Origin: Candidatus Multivoradales bacterium
GTDB lineage: Bacteria; Acidobacteriota; Thermoanaerobaculia; Multivoradales; JAHEKO01
Reading direction: 5' to 3'
NCBI GenBank assembly: GCA_965223855.1
Contig: CBDCXM010000009.1
Span: forward strand, 832,001-896,000
DNA length: 64,000 nt
Below are positions 19,919 to 29,702 of the stretch, one piece after another (position 1 is the stretch's first letter; every line of letters begins with the position of its first letter). The translations under genes and the position numbers were made by a program. The notes below the pieces were generated by a model. The model was given only the letters and a program-made list of their open reading frames with translations. It had not been told where the DNA came from and ran no database searches.

Positions 19919-21793
19919 ATGACACCGACCACCGAGACCAGCGCGCAGGGAACCACGGAGCTCGACGCCACCATCCGGCGCGTCTGGGGCTTCGACGAGC
20001 TCCTGCCGCTCCAGGGGCAGGCGATGGCGGCGGTGCTCGCCGGTCGCGACAGCCTGCTGGTGCTGCCGACGGGCGGCGGCAAGTCGTTGTGCTTCCAGGC
20101 GCCGGCGCTGGTGCGGCCGGGGCTCGCGGTGGTGGTCTCGCCGCTGATCTCGCTGATGAAGGACCAGGTCGACGGACTGGTCGCCAACGGTGTCGCGGCG
20201 GCCGCCTACAACTCGAGCCTCGAGCCCGGCGAGCAGCGCTCCGTGGAGGCGGCGCTGGCTGCGGGCGAGCTGTCGCTGCTCTACGTGGCCCCCGAGCGAC
20301 TCGCCGGGGAGGGGGCGGACGCCTTCCTCGAGCGCCTCGAAAACGCCGGCGTGTCGTTCTTCGCTATCGACGAGGCGCATTGCATCAGTCAGTGGGGGCA
20401 CGCCTTCCGGCCGGAGTACCGGCTTCTCGGCGCCCTGCGTGAGCGCTTCCCCGAGGCGTCGATGCACGGCTACACGGCGACGGCGACGCCGCGCGTGCGC
20501 ACCGACATCTGCGATCAGCTCGGGCTCGAGAATCCCGAAGTGCTCGTCGGCTCGTTCGACCGGCCGAATCTGACCTATCGGGTGTTTCGGCGATCCGACC
20601 TCAACCGCCGGCTGCGCGCGCTGATCGATCGCCACCCCGGCGAGGGGGGCATCGTCTACTGCAACTCCCGCAAGCAGGTCGAGCGCCTCGCCGCGTCGCT
20701 GGCGAAGTCGGGGGTGAGCGCCCTGCCCTACCACGCCGGTCTCGACAGCGGGACCCGGCATCGGCACCAGGAGGCATTCAGTCGCGAGGAGGTCGACGTC
20801 GTCGTGGCGACCGTAGCCTTCGGCATGGGGATCGACCGCTCGAACGTCCGCTTCGTCGCCCACGCCGGGGCGCCGCGCTCGATCGAGCACTACCAGCAGG
20901 AGACCGGCCGTGCGGGCCGCGACGGCCTGCCGGCGGAGTGCGTGCTCTTCTACTCGCCGGCCGACTTCGCCAACTGGAGGCGGCTACTCGAGTCGAGCGA
21001 GGAGTGGTCGGATCAGGCGCGCCGGCTGATGGCGGCGATGCAGCGCTTCGCCGGCGCCACCCGCTGCCGTCACCGGGCGCTCCTCGAGTACTTCGGCGAG
21101 CGCTACGAGGCCGATTCGTGCGACGCATGCGACTGGTGTCTCGGCGAGCTCGAGCTCGCCGACGAACCGGTCGTGCTGGCGCAGAAGATCCTCTCCTGCG
21201 TGCTGCGGCTCGAGGAGCGGTGGGGGGTCGTGCGGGTGGTCGACGTGCTGCGTGGTCGTGCCACCGAGGCGATCGAGCGCGCCGGCCACGACCGGCTCTC
21301 GACCTTCGGCCTGCTCGAAGAGCTGTCGGTCGGCGAGCTGCGCGGCTACATCGACCAGCTTCTCGACCAGGGGTTCCTGCTCCAGACCGGCGGCGAGTAC
21401 CCGGTCGTCAAACTCACCGCCGAGGGCGCCCAGCTGCTGCGTGGCAACCTCGAGTGCCGCCTCTACTACCAGCCGCGACCGAAGCCGGCGACGAGGAAGA
21501 AGGGGGAGACGGGCGGCGCCGACTGGGAAGGGGTCGACATGGCGCTCTTCGAGCGCCTTCGCGAGCTGCGGCTCGAGATCTCGCGCGAGCGCTCGGTGCC
21601 GCCGTACGTGGTCTTTCACGACAGCGTGTTGCGGGATCTAGCCCGCTACCGCCCGTCTTCGCGAGCCGAACTCGAGGAGATCAAGGGAGTCGGCGAGAAG
21701 AAGGCGGCTGACCTCGGTCCGCGCTTCCTCGCGGCGGTCGCGGAGCATGCGGCGCTCGAGGTCGAACGCGAACGCGAGGTCGTCACGGAGTGA
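19919..21793 (+). CDS. recQ: ATP-dependent DNA helicase RecQ
   Basis: LPTGGGKSLCFQ, DEAHCISQWGH, ATVAFGMGID, QETGRAGRDG, Zn-binding cysteines, RQC and HRDC (VPPYVVFHD) domains. Confidence 0.96.
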   Translation: MTPTTETSAQGTTELDATIRRVWGFDELLPLQGQAMAAVLAGRDSLLVLPTGGGKSLCFQAPALVRPGLAVVVSPLISLMKDQVDGLVANGVAAAAYNSSLEPGEQRSVEAALAAGELSLLYVAPERLAGEGADAFLERLENAGVSFFAIDEAHCISQWGHAFRPEYRLLGALRERFPEASMHGYTATATPRVRTDICDQLGLENPEVLVGSFDRPNLTYRVFRRSDLNRRLRALIDRHPGEGGIVYCNSRKQVERLAASLAKSGVSALPYHAGLDSGTRHRHQEAFSREEVDVVVATVAFGMGIDRSNVRFVAHAGAPRSIEHYQQETGRAGRDGLPAECVLFYSPADFANWRRLLESSEEWSDQARRLMAAMQRFAGATRCRHRALLEYFGERYEADSCDACDWCLGELELADEPVVLAQKILSCVLRLEERWGVVRVVDVLRGRATEAIERAGHDRLSTFGLLEELSVGELRGYIDQLLDQGFLLQTGGEYPVVKLTAEGAQLLRGNLECRLYYQPRPKPATRKKGETGGADWEGVDMALFERLRELRLEISRERSVPPYVVFHDSVLRDLARYRPSSRAELEEIKGVGEKKAADLGPRFLAAVAEHAALEVEREREVVTE

Positions 21794-23001
21794 GAGCGGC
21801 AGGAGGGGCCTTTCTGTGGGTACTGGCAGCCGCGATCGCCGCCGGCTGCCAGCCGCCGCCGGCCAGCGATGGCCCGGAGCCGCGGCCGGAACCGCAGCCA
21901 CCCGAGACCGCCACCGAGGCGCTGCGGCCGGTCGCCGACCGGCTCTTCCGGGAGCTGATCGACGACGGCGACGCCGCGAGCCTGCGTCTGGCGCTGGCGC
22001 GGAACGTCGAGTGGCTCGAGCGCCAACCCGCCGAGCGCGAGCTCGAGTTCGGGCCGCGGCGTGTCACCGTCGAGCGAATGGCGGCGGCGCTCTCGCGCTT
22101 CGACGCCTGGTGGACCGAAGGGGGCGACGTCGCCTCGCGCCTGGCCGAGGAGTTCGAGCTCTTCGTCAACGTCGGCGACGGCGCGAGCGAGGTGCTCGTC
22201 ACCGGCTACTACGAGCCGCTCATCCCCGGCAGCCGGCGAAGGACGGCGGAGTACGACGTGCCGGTCTACGGGCCGCCCGACGATCTCTTCAGCATCGACC
22301 TCGGCGACTTCCGCGACGAGTGGCAGGGGCGCAGGGTCACGGGGCTCCTGAGCGGCCGCCGACTCCTCCCCTATCCGGATCGACGCGAAATCCGCGAGAC
22401 CGCGCGGCTGGCGGGGCGCGAGATCGCCTGGGCGCGCGACCCGGTCGATCTCTTCTTCGTCGAGGTCCAGGGGAGCGGCGCCCTCGCTTTCGAGGACGGC
22501 AGCGAAATGCGGATCGGCTACGCCGGCGCCAACGGCCGCGAGTACAGGAGCATCGGCAGGCTGCTGATCGACGAGGGTGAGATCCCGCGCGAGCGAATGT
22601 CGATGCAGGCGCTACGCTCCTGGCTGGCTGCGCACCCGGACGAAATCGAACGGGTGCTCGACTACAACACCTCGCAGGTGTTCTTCCGCCGCCTCGACGG
22701 TCCGCCGGTCGGCAACCTCGGCGTGCCGGTGACCGCCGGTCGCTCGATCGCCGTCGATCAGAAGCTGCTGCCGCCCGGCGCGCTCGGCTTCCTGCTGACC
22801 GAGATCCCCGGCGTCGGCCCCACCGGCGACACCGTCGCCGTCGGCGAACTCCGCCGCTTCGTGCTGAGCCAGGACACCGGCGGCGCGATCAGGGGCGCCG
22901 ACCGGGTCGACTTCTTCTGGGGCCGCGGCGAGGAGGCGGCGCTGCGCGCCGGGCTGATGAAGCAGCCCGGCCGGCTCTACCTGCTGGTGCCGCGCGGCTG
23001 A
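21790..23001 (+). CDS. mltA: Membrane-bound lytic murein transglycosylase A (lipoprotein)
   Basis: Lipobox AAGC; TGYYEP, EVQGSG, GYAGANG, SIAVD, QDTGGAIRG, VDFFWG. Confidence 0.93.
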   Translation: MRAAGGAFLWVLAAAIAAGCQPPPASDGPEPRPEPQPPETATEALRPVADRLFRELIDDGDAASLRLALARNVEWLERQPAERELEFGPRRVTVERMAAALSRFDAWWTEGGDVASRLAEEFELFVNVGDGASEVLVTGYYEPLIPGSRRRTAEYDVPVYGPPDDLFSIDLGDFRDEWQGRRVTGLLSGRRLLPYPDRREIRETARLAGREIAWARDPVDLFFVEVQGSGALAFEDGSEMRIGYAGANGREYRSIGRLLIDEGEIPRERMSMQALRSWLAAHPDEIERVLDYNTSQVFFRRLDGPPVGNLGVPVTAGRSIAVDQKLLPPGALGFLLTEIPGVGPTGDTVAVGELRRFVLSQDTGGAIRGADRVDFFWGRGEEAALRAGLMKQPGRLYLLVPRG

Positions 23002-23037
23002 CCCCGCCTGCGCCCGGTGCGAGCGGGGTCAGCACAC

Positions 23038-25440
23038 TCACGGCACGGTGTTGGACCAGGCCGAGGTGTTCCCCGACTCGAAGCCGTCGGCGAAGATGAA
23101 GAGGTCGAGCTCGACCCTCCAGATCCCGCGCCCTTGGCTGCCGATGTAGGCCGCCACCGTCGTGCCGTCCTCGACGTCGAAGTAGGCGTAGCGCGGTCGC
23201 GGCAGGTGAGGCACGCCGGAAGTGTCCGAAGTGAACGGGTCCGTGATGAGCTCCCACGATTCGCCGTCGTCGGTGCTCAGGAAGACGCCGGAGTTCTTCC
23301 CCCCGGCCATGGCGATCGAGCTGTTGGGGTCGAGGGCCACGAAGCTCGGTTGCCAGTAGCCGAAGAAGCCGGTGAAGTCGCTCGGCCCGCGAGTGCTGCG
23401 CCCGACGATGTCGCCGCCTGCGTTCATCAGCGTGTCGAGCTCCGGCATGGCGATCCAGGTGTCGCCGCCGTCCTCAGAGCGGAACATGGAGCTGCCGCTT
23501 CCCGTCAATCCCGAAGCCATCAGGCGGTCCGGGTCGGACGGGTCGACGCCTACGACACCGAAGCCGCCGGACGGCAGCGACACCTCGGTCCAGCTGCCTG
23601 CCGGGCTGGTGCCGCGGAAGCGGTAAAGGCGGTCGTTGGTACCGGTGCTGCCGCAACTCCCGGTCTGGAGATAGAAGGTCGGTGTGCCGCCGTTGCCGCC
23701 GTAGAGCCCGCACCAGGTGCCGACCGGCTCGGTCGCATCGCCGAGTTCGGTCCAGGTGGTCGGTGTAGCGGTGATGTCACTGGTGATGTAGAGGCCGCCG
23801 TCGGCGCCGGGGCAACCCCCGCTGCCCGGCGTGCAGTTGACCGTGAACATCGCCCACGAATCGGGGGCGTAGTTGACGAAGGAGTCGGGGTATTCGAACG
23901 CCTTGAGGAGACCGGTCGGGGGGTAGAAGAGCTGCGAGATGCCGCTGAAGCCGGGACCGCCACGGAAGGCGCGGGTCGCGCGCCCTCCACCGCCGAAGCA
24001 GCAGATCGTGTAGATCGAGGTCGAGGAGTCGGCGCTGGTGTCGAAACCGTCGCAACAGATCTCGTTGTGCCAGGTCGGCTCCGCGGCGCCCGCGTCGGTA
24101 GTGGCAAAAAGACCATTGTCCTGAAGCCCGAAGTAGAGATCTTCGGAGGTCGCGCCGGGCTGATTGGCGCCTGACACCGACCACGGCCAGATACCGTGGG
24201 GGGTCACGTCGGGCTGCTCCCAGTCGGGGTTGTGACAGTCGGAAGTGGTGTCGGTGTTCCAGTAGACCCCGCCGTCCGAAGAGAACAGGACCGGGCAGGC
24301 GTCGATGCCGACCTCGGAGTCGAAGAGGATGGCGCCGGTGTCGTCGTGTCCGCCGACGGCGCGGGTGAAGGGACCCTCCCACGCCGGGGTGTTCCCGGTG
24401 CCGCAGCGGGGTGCGCCGCCCGACGAGCTGCCGCTGGTGCACTGCACGCGGAACAGAGAGACGTCGCCGAACCACAGGTCGAAGACATCGATCGGGAGCC
24501 CCTCCGACCCTTCGGTCAGATCGGAGCGATCGTTGGTCGCGACGAAAGGAATCCGCCCCTGTGGTGTCAGGTTGGTCCTCGTCTGGGTCCAGGTCGGCGT
24601 CGGGTCGTTGGCGTTGGTGGTCTCGTAGATCGACGTTCCGGAGACGGCCAGCAGCACGTATGGCTCGTCGGGAGAGACCGCAAGCGAGCAGAAGCCGGAG
24701 GCGAGGCCGGAGCCGGCCACCCAGGAGGCGCCGCCGTCGTCAGAGCGCAGATGGCCGTCGTCACCGCAGACGTGGACGACGCCACCTCCGATGGCCACCA
24801 CATCCCAGATGCGGGTGCCGCTGCCGGCCGGAGCCGTCGGATCGCGGTAGGTCCAGGTGACGCCGGAGTCGTTGCTCACCGCAAGGCCGCAGCTGGTGCC
24901 GATGAAGACGTTGGCACTGTTGGTCGGGTCCATCGCGATGCCGTGGGCGGCACGCTCGTCTTCATCGGTCGAGTTCGAGCAGAAGCCGCTCGGCGGTACG
25001 GCGGTGGCGGGCTGCGCCCATGTGATCCCGCCGTCGTTGCTCACGTTGATCCCAGCCGTCGACGCCACCTTGCCGTCGAAGAACGAGGTGGCATAGATGC
25101 GCGTCGGCGTCGCCGGGTCGATCTCGACATCCCAGGTCGCGAGCGGCAGATGCCCCTCGTGGAACGCCCAGTTGAGACCGGCGTCGGTGGTGCTGTAGAT
25201 GCCGCCCCATTCGCTGGCGGCGAACATGATGTCGTTGTCCGACGGGTGGATGGACAGGCCGTTGACGCGCCCGCCGGTGGCACCGTCCGGATCGAGGTTG
25301 TCGGTGTCGGAGTTGTCGGGGCTCACGTCCTCGAAGGTGAGGCTGCCGCCGAGCGCGTCGGCCTTGAGGCTCGAGGGCAAGGCGAACAGGGAGAGGACGA
25401 GAGCGGCGGTGAGGAATCTCGAGTCAGGTTTCATCGTCAT
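23038..25440 (-). CDS. Secreted BNR/Asp-box beta-propeller protein (GH74/sialidase-like) with C-terminal IFADGFESG tag
   Basis: SD AGGAG; signal peptide; GGRVNGL; many S/T-x-D-x-G-x-x-W Asp boxes; QGRGIWRV; ends IFADGFESGNTSAWSNTVP. Confidence 0.85.
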   Translation of the reverse strand: MTMKPDSRFLTAALVLSLFALPSSLKADALGGSLTFEDVSPDNSDTDNLDPDGATGGRVNGLSIHPSDNDIMFAASEWGGIYSTTDAGLNWAFHEGHLPLATWDVEIDPATPTRIYATSFFDGKVASTAGINVSNDGGITWAQPATAVPPSGFCSNSTDEDERAAHGIAMDPTNSANVFIGTSCGLAVSNDSGVTWTYRDPTAPAGSGTRIWDVVAIGGGVVHVCGDDGHLRSDDGGASWVAGSGLASGFCSLAVSPDEPYVLLAVSGTSIYETTNANDPTPTWTQTRTNLTPQGRIPFVATNDRSDLTEGSEGLPIDVFDLWFGDVSLFRVQCTSGSSSGGAPRCGTGNTPAWEGPFTRAVGGHDDTGAILFDSEVGIDACPVLFSSDGGVYWNTDTTSDCHNPDWEQPDVTPHGIWPWSVSGANQPGATSEDLYFGLQDNGLFATTDAGAAEPTWHNEICCDGFDTSADSSTSIYTICCFGGGGRATRAFRGGPGFSGISQLFYPPTGLLKAFEYPDSFVNYAPDSWAMFTVNCTPGSGGCPGADGGLYITSDITATPTTWTELGDATEPVGTWCGLYGGNGGTPTFYLQTGSCGSTGTNDRLYRFRGTSPAGSWTEVSLPSGGFGVVGVDPSDPDRLMASGLTGSGSSMFRSEDGGDTWIAMPELDTLMNAGGDIVGRSTRGPSDFTGFFGYWQPSFVALDPNSSIAMAGGKNSGVFLSTDDGESWELITDPFTSDTSGVPHLPRPRYAYFDVEDGTTVAAYIGSQGRGIWRVELDLFIFADGFESGNTSAWSNTVP

Positions 25441-25444
25441 CTCC

Positions 25445-25918
25445 TCAGCTCGCCGGGAAGTCGTCGCGCGGACCGTCGAGCGGGCAGGTGGGAACCTCGA
25501 ACCGGCCACTGTCACTTGCGACCCAGCCGGCTGAGGTGCGCGTCAGGACGCGCCAGTAGTAGCGGATGCCGACCTCGGCGCCGTCGATCGACGCTCCGGT
25601 TCGTTCCGCTGCGAGCTCACCGCTGGTCTCGAAGCGACCGAGTTCGAAGCCGTCGCGGAACTTGGTGATGTCGAGGCGCTGGGCGAGCACCGGAACGTCG
25701 GCCGGAGCCCAGGAGATGGAGACGCGAGGGATACGCGGAGCGCCGTCGAGGCAGTCCGAAGTGAACTCTCCCGGCACGGCGACGTTGTCGGCCACTCGCT
25801 CGGCGAGTTCGATCCGGAGGTCCTTCTCGGTCGCCGGTCGCATGAGGGTGGGCGGTGTCTCGGCGATGGCGACGGTTGCGAACAGTGCCGTCGCGAAGAG
25901 CGTGAGGTGTCGATGCAT
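25445..25918 (-). CDS. Small secreted FN3-like protein
   Basis: Signal MHRHLTLFATALFATVAIA; VSISW...GIRYYWRVLT...WVASD; two cysteines. Confidence 0.7.
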   Translation of the reverse strand: MHRHLTLFATALFATVAIAETPPTLMRPATEKDLRIELAERVADNVAVPGEFTSDCLDGAPRIPRVSISWAPADVPVLAQRLDITKFRDGFELGRFETSGELAAERTGASIDGAEVGIRYYWRVLTRTSAGWVASDSGRFEVPTCPLDGPRDDFPAS

Positions 25919-26058
25919 GTTGATCCCCCGTTCTGCGAGCGCACGGGCTCGCGTCGAGTGGTCTGGCGTACGCCGCGCCAGGGCGCGGCCGCCGCGATTT
26001 CGGAGCGGGCCGTCTCCCGGGGGCAATGTAGCAAACCCGTCCGACGCCGGCTGCGAGT

Positions 26059-27015
26059 TCAGTCGAGCCGGGTGCCCGGCAGATCCGCGATCTGCGCCTC
26101 GGGAAACGCTTCGAGCATCGCCGCGCGCAGCCCCTCGTAGTTTCCCCAGCGGCCGAAGTGACCTGCCGGGGCGTCGCGTGTCGGCAAGTGGGCGGCGATG
26201 ACCCGCGCGGGTGCGATCCGGTCTCTCACCATCGCGGCGCGCCACTCGCTCGACAGGAACCAGAACGGCAGCAGTGCCAGCTCGGTGCCCGCGAGGTGAT
26301 CGAGGTAGGGGGCGAAGTCCTCCATCTTCGCCTCGGTGTCGCCGAAGTGGAGGAACCGCTCGCCGCCGAACGTGACGATGAAGCCGAGGTTCTCGACCGG
26401 CGGGGTGCGCCGGCCGTGGTGGAGGTTGAGCACCTCGATCGTGATGCCGAAGTACTCGAGGGTCTCGATCGTCCCTTCGGCCGGAAGGACCGCGGTCACC
26501 CGATCGAGGATCGCGGGATCGTCGGTCGCTGCCTCGAGCAGCGCTACGGCCTGCGGCGTCGAGACGAATCGTGCTGAGGGCCGGTTCCGGAGGAAGCGCA
26601 CCACCGGCTCGGCGGCGAAGTGATCGCCGTGGAAGTGGGTGGCGAGGGCGACGTCGATCCCCGCTGCGCCGCCGGTCTCGAGCTCTTCGCGCAGCGGTGG
26701 CGGCACGACCTGATAGCCGGGAATGCCGCTGCCGAAGAAGCCGTCGACGACGACGCCGCGACCGCCGTCCGAGACCAGGAAGCCCTCGTTGCCGAGATAG
26801 GTGACGGCGAGTGCCGGTCGCGGAGGATCCGCCTCGGGCGGCGATGCCTTGTCGGGCTCGGCAGGTGGAGTCTCCGCGGGCGGGCTCTCCCCCGGCCGGG
26901 TGTCGGCGGCAGGTTGCTCTTCGCTCGGGCAGCAGTCGACCGCGGTCGTGCAACCGGCGACGGCCACGAGCGTCGCGGCAAACAGGAGCAGGAACGGCTT
27001 CGAGAGAACTCTCAT
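26059..27015 (-). CDS. Metallo-beta-lactamase-fold hydrolase, lipoprotein
   Basis: ATGA overlap; lipobox VAGC; TYLGNEGFLV, THFHGDH (HxHxDH), HFGD. Confidence 0.85.
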   Translation of the reverse strand: MRVLSKPFLLLFAATLVAVAGCTTAVDCCPSEEQPAADTRPGESPPAETPPAEPDKASPPEADPPRPALAVTYLGNEGFLVSDGGRGVVVDGFFGSGIPGYQVVPPPLREELETGGAAGIDVALATHFHGDHFAAEPVVRFLRNRPSARFVSTPQAVALLEAATDDPAILDRVTAVLPAEGTIETLEYFGITIEVLNLHHGRRTPPVENLGFIVTFGGERFLHFGDTEAKMEDFAPYLDHLAGTELALLPFWFLSSEWRAAMVRDRIAPARVIAAHLPTRDAPAGHFGRWGNYEGLRAAMLEAFPEAQIADLPGTRLD

Positions 27016-28052
27016 GGGGCGAGCAGGATCTTGGTGCAGCCCGGTCGACGCTCGGCGAACATGGCGTAGGCGTCGACGCCCTCCTCGAGCGACAGCCGGT
27101 GAGAGATCAGGCGGTCGAGATCGTAGCGCTCCGAGGCGATCACCGCGAGAGCGCGCTCCATGTAGCGGCGCGCCGGGCAGCGGCCGGCGCGGTAGGTGAG
27201 GTTGCGGTCGTAGGCTTCCCCGGGGGCGAAGGCGAAGCTCGCCTCGGTATGCACCCCGACCGCGGCCACGGTGCCGCCGTGGCGCACCAGGTCGACCGCG
27301 GTGCGGGTGGCCCCGGGGCTGCCGACCGCCTCGACCACCCCGTCGACACCACGTCCGCCGGTCGCTTCGAGCACCGCTGCCGGGCTGTTCCGCAGCTCGA
27401 CCGGCGTCGCCCCCCAGCCGGCGGCGAGTGCGAGCCGCTCGCCGATGCTGTCGATGGCGAAGACGCGCTCGGCACCGAGCTCCCGTGCCGCGACCACCGC
27501 CATCAGGCCCACGGGGCCGCAGCCGACGACGCCGATCGAGCGGCCCGGGGCGGCGCCCGCCCCCTCGGCGCCGAAGAAGCCGGTCGCCAGGATGTCGCCG
27601 GCCAGGAGCGCCAGGTCGAGTGGCGCTTCCCGTGGTGCGGCGACCAGCGACGCGTCGGCGAGCGGGATGCGGACGTACTCCGCCTGGCAGCCGTGAAGCC
27701 CACGCCCCTCCTCGACCCAACCGAGCAGTTGGCCGTGCTCACAACGCGCTGTCAGCCCGTCGTCGCAGTAGAAGCAGGAGCCGCAGCTCGTCGTGAACGG
27801 GCTCACCACGTCGTCGCCGACCGCGAACCGACGCACTTCCGAGCCTGTGGCGACGACCTCGCCGGCGAGCTCGTGCCCCATGACGGTGCCGGCATCGAGC
27901 CCGCGCTCGCGCCCGTGGTAGACGTGCAGATCGGAGCCGCAGATTCCCGCCCAGCGCACCCGCACCACCACGTCGCCGGGAGCGACGATGCCGGGATCGT
28001 CGACCGTGGCGACGGCGAGCGTCTCGACGTCCTGAAAGGTCAGAGCGCGCAT
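27012..28052 (-). CDS. Zinc-dependent alcohol dehydrogenase (MDR family)
   Basis: GICGSDLH, GHELAG, CGSCFYC...C, GCGPVG. Confidence 0.93.
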   Translation of the reverse strand: MRALTFQDVETLAVATVDDPGIVAPGDVVVRVRWAGICGSDLHVYHGRERGLDAGTVMGHELAGEVVATGSEVRRFAVGDDVVSPFTTSCGSCFYCDDGLTARCEHGQLLGWVEEGRGLHGCQAEYVRIPLADASLVAAPREAPLDLALLAGDILATGFFGAEGAGAAPGRSIGVVGCGPVGLMAVVAARELGAERVFAIDSIGERLALAAGWGATPVELRNSPAAVLEATGGRGVDGVVEAVGSPGATRTAVDLVRHGGTVAAVGVHTEASFAFAPGEAYDRNLTYRAGRCPARRYMERALAVIASERYDLDRLISHRLSLEEGVDAYAMFAERRPGCTKILLAP

Positions 28053-28061
28053 CTCGTGGAG

Positions 28062-29630
28062 TCAGCCGACGAACGGCAGCAGCACGTCCTCGAGATAGCT
28101 GTCGAAGGCGCCGGCGTCGGTGACGAAGGGCGGCCTCGTCATCGCATCGGCGCAGGAGGTGTCGATCGCCCGCGGATCGCCGCTCTCGATCAGCTCGGCC
28201 CACATGCCGTGAACGCACTCCCACGAGTCGGCAAGATCGAACGGCCCATGCTGGCCCTCGTCGAGGATGACGTGGCGGGAGTTCGGAAAGAGCTCGGCGG
28301 CCTCGGTCGCGTACTCGGGAGGGGTCACCGGATCGAGCGCGCCGGAGAGCATCAGGGTGGGGATCGGCAGCGGTCGCGGTTCGTCGACTCCGAGCGGCGG
28401 CACCCGCTCGTGAGGCCAGTGGCGGCATCCCTGGAGCTGCTGCTCGAGGCGGTAGTTGCCGACCAGCGTCCGGGCGCCTCGTCGTCGCGCCTCTTCGACG
28501 TCGAACTCCATCATCTCGGAACATTGAACGGTGAGCGCCAGCCCGGTGGCGAGCGCGCCGCGGAAGGTGCGCTCGATGAGGACCGCCAGGGTGGTGAGCG
28601 GGCGCCAGTCGTCCGCGACCTTGGCGCGATGGACCGCCCACGGCAGGGCGCGCGACGTCGTGGTGAAGTAGAGCACCAGCCGCAACTGCTCGGTCAGCCA
28701 CTGGCGCCCGACGTCGACGGTGAGCGTCCGCTCGGGATCCTGCGGGTCGGGCATCGTCACCCGGCGCGGCCCGGCATCGAGGCTCTCGAGCAGCTCTCGG
28801 GTCCAGGCGTCGAGATCGGGAGTGACGCCGTGGCACGGCGGTGAGGCGGCGCACAGTTCCTCGAGCCGACCGAGCACGCGATCTGTCCACACGCCGCGCT
28901 CGGCGAGGTTGTCGCGCGCCGCCCAGCCGATGCCGAACATCGACGCCACGCTGTCGGGATGGCGCTGCGCGTAGACCGTCATCGCGGCGGTGCCGTACGA
29001 GCCGCCGCGCAGATGGAGCTGTTCGTAGCCGAGGGTGGTGCGCACCTCTTCGACGTCGTCGGCGAAACGGGCGCTGGTGTAGAGGCGGGTGTCGGTCTGT
29101 GCGGCGATCTCCTCCGCGCAGGCGACGACGTCGTCCACCGGGTACATCTCGCGCAGCTCCCCCTCCACGAATTCCGGGTCCCAGTCGCACTCGAGCGGGT
29201 TCGAGCGGCCGGTGCCGCGCTGATCGACCAGCACGATGTCGCGAGCGCGCACCGGCCCGGCGTAGACCGAGCCGACGGCGCGCCGGGTGGCGGCGCCGCC
29301 GGGACCACCTTCGAACACGAACACCGCCTCCGGGGGCGGCATGTCGCTGGTCGACGGCACGACCACGATCTCGAGCGAGATCGTCCGGCTGTCGGGGTCG
29401 GAGCGGTTCTCCGGCACCGCGAGCCGCCCGCACAGAAGCGTCTCGGGAGATCCCGGAACTTCGCACGGCTCGAGCAGCGGCAGCCGGGTCGCGGCCGCGG
29501 CGGCATGGTCGTGTGCGGCTGCGCCCTCGCCGGATGCGGAATCGTCCGGCGACGGGTCGGGCGGAGTGAGCCCGTGCGAGCAGCCGAGAAGCCCAAGCCC
29601 GAGGCACAACGGAAGCAGGCGAACCGTCAT
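28062..29630 (-). CDS. TAP-like alpha/beta hydrolase (peptidase S33-like), lipoprotein
   Basis: Lipobox LLGC; GGPGG, DQRGTG, GGSYGT, LDPVTP, GQHG. Confidence 0.88.
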   Translation of the reverse strand: MTVRLLPLCLGLGLLGCSHGLTPPDPSPDDSASGEGAAAHDHAAAAATRLPLLEPCEVPGSPETLLCGRLAVPENRSDPDSRTISLEIVVVPSTSDMPPPEAVFVFEGGPGGAATRRAVGSVYAGPVRARDIVLVDQRGTGRSNPLECDWDPEFVEGELREMYPVDDVVACAEEIAAQTDTRLYTSARFADDVEEVRTTLGYEQLHLRGGSYGTAAMTVYAQRHPDSVASMFGIGWAARDNLAERGVWTDRVLGRLEELCAASPPCHGVTPDLDAWTRELLESLDAGPRRVTMPDPQDPERTLTVDVGRQWLTEQLRLVLYFTTTSRALPWAVHRAKVADDWRPLTTLAVLIERTFRGALATGLALTVQCSEMMEFDVEEARRRGARTLVGNYRLEQQLQGCRHWPHERVPPLGVDEPRPLPIPTLMLSGALDPVTPPEYATEAAELFPNSRHVILDEGQHGPFDLADSWECVHGMWAELIESGDPRAIDTSCADAMTRPPFVTDAGAFDSYLEDVLLPFVG

Positions 29631-29702
29631 GCCGGCAGTCTACGGGAGGCCGAGACGGCATCGTCGCTGGCGCGTGAAGAGGGGTGGGCTTAAGCTGCAA
29701 CG

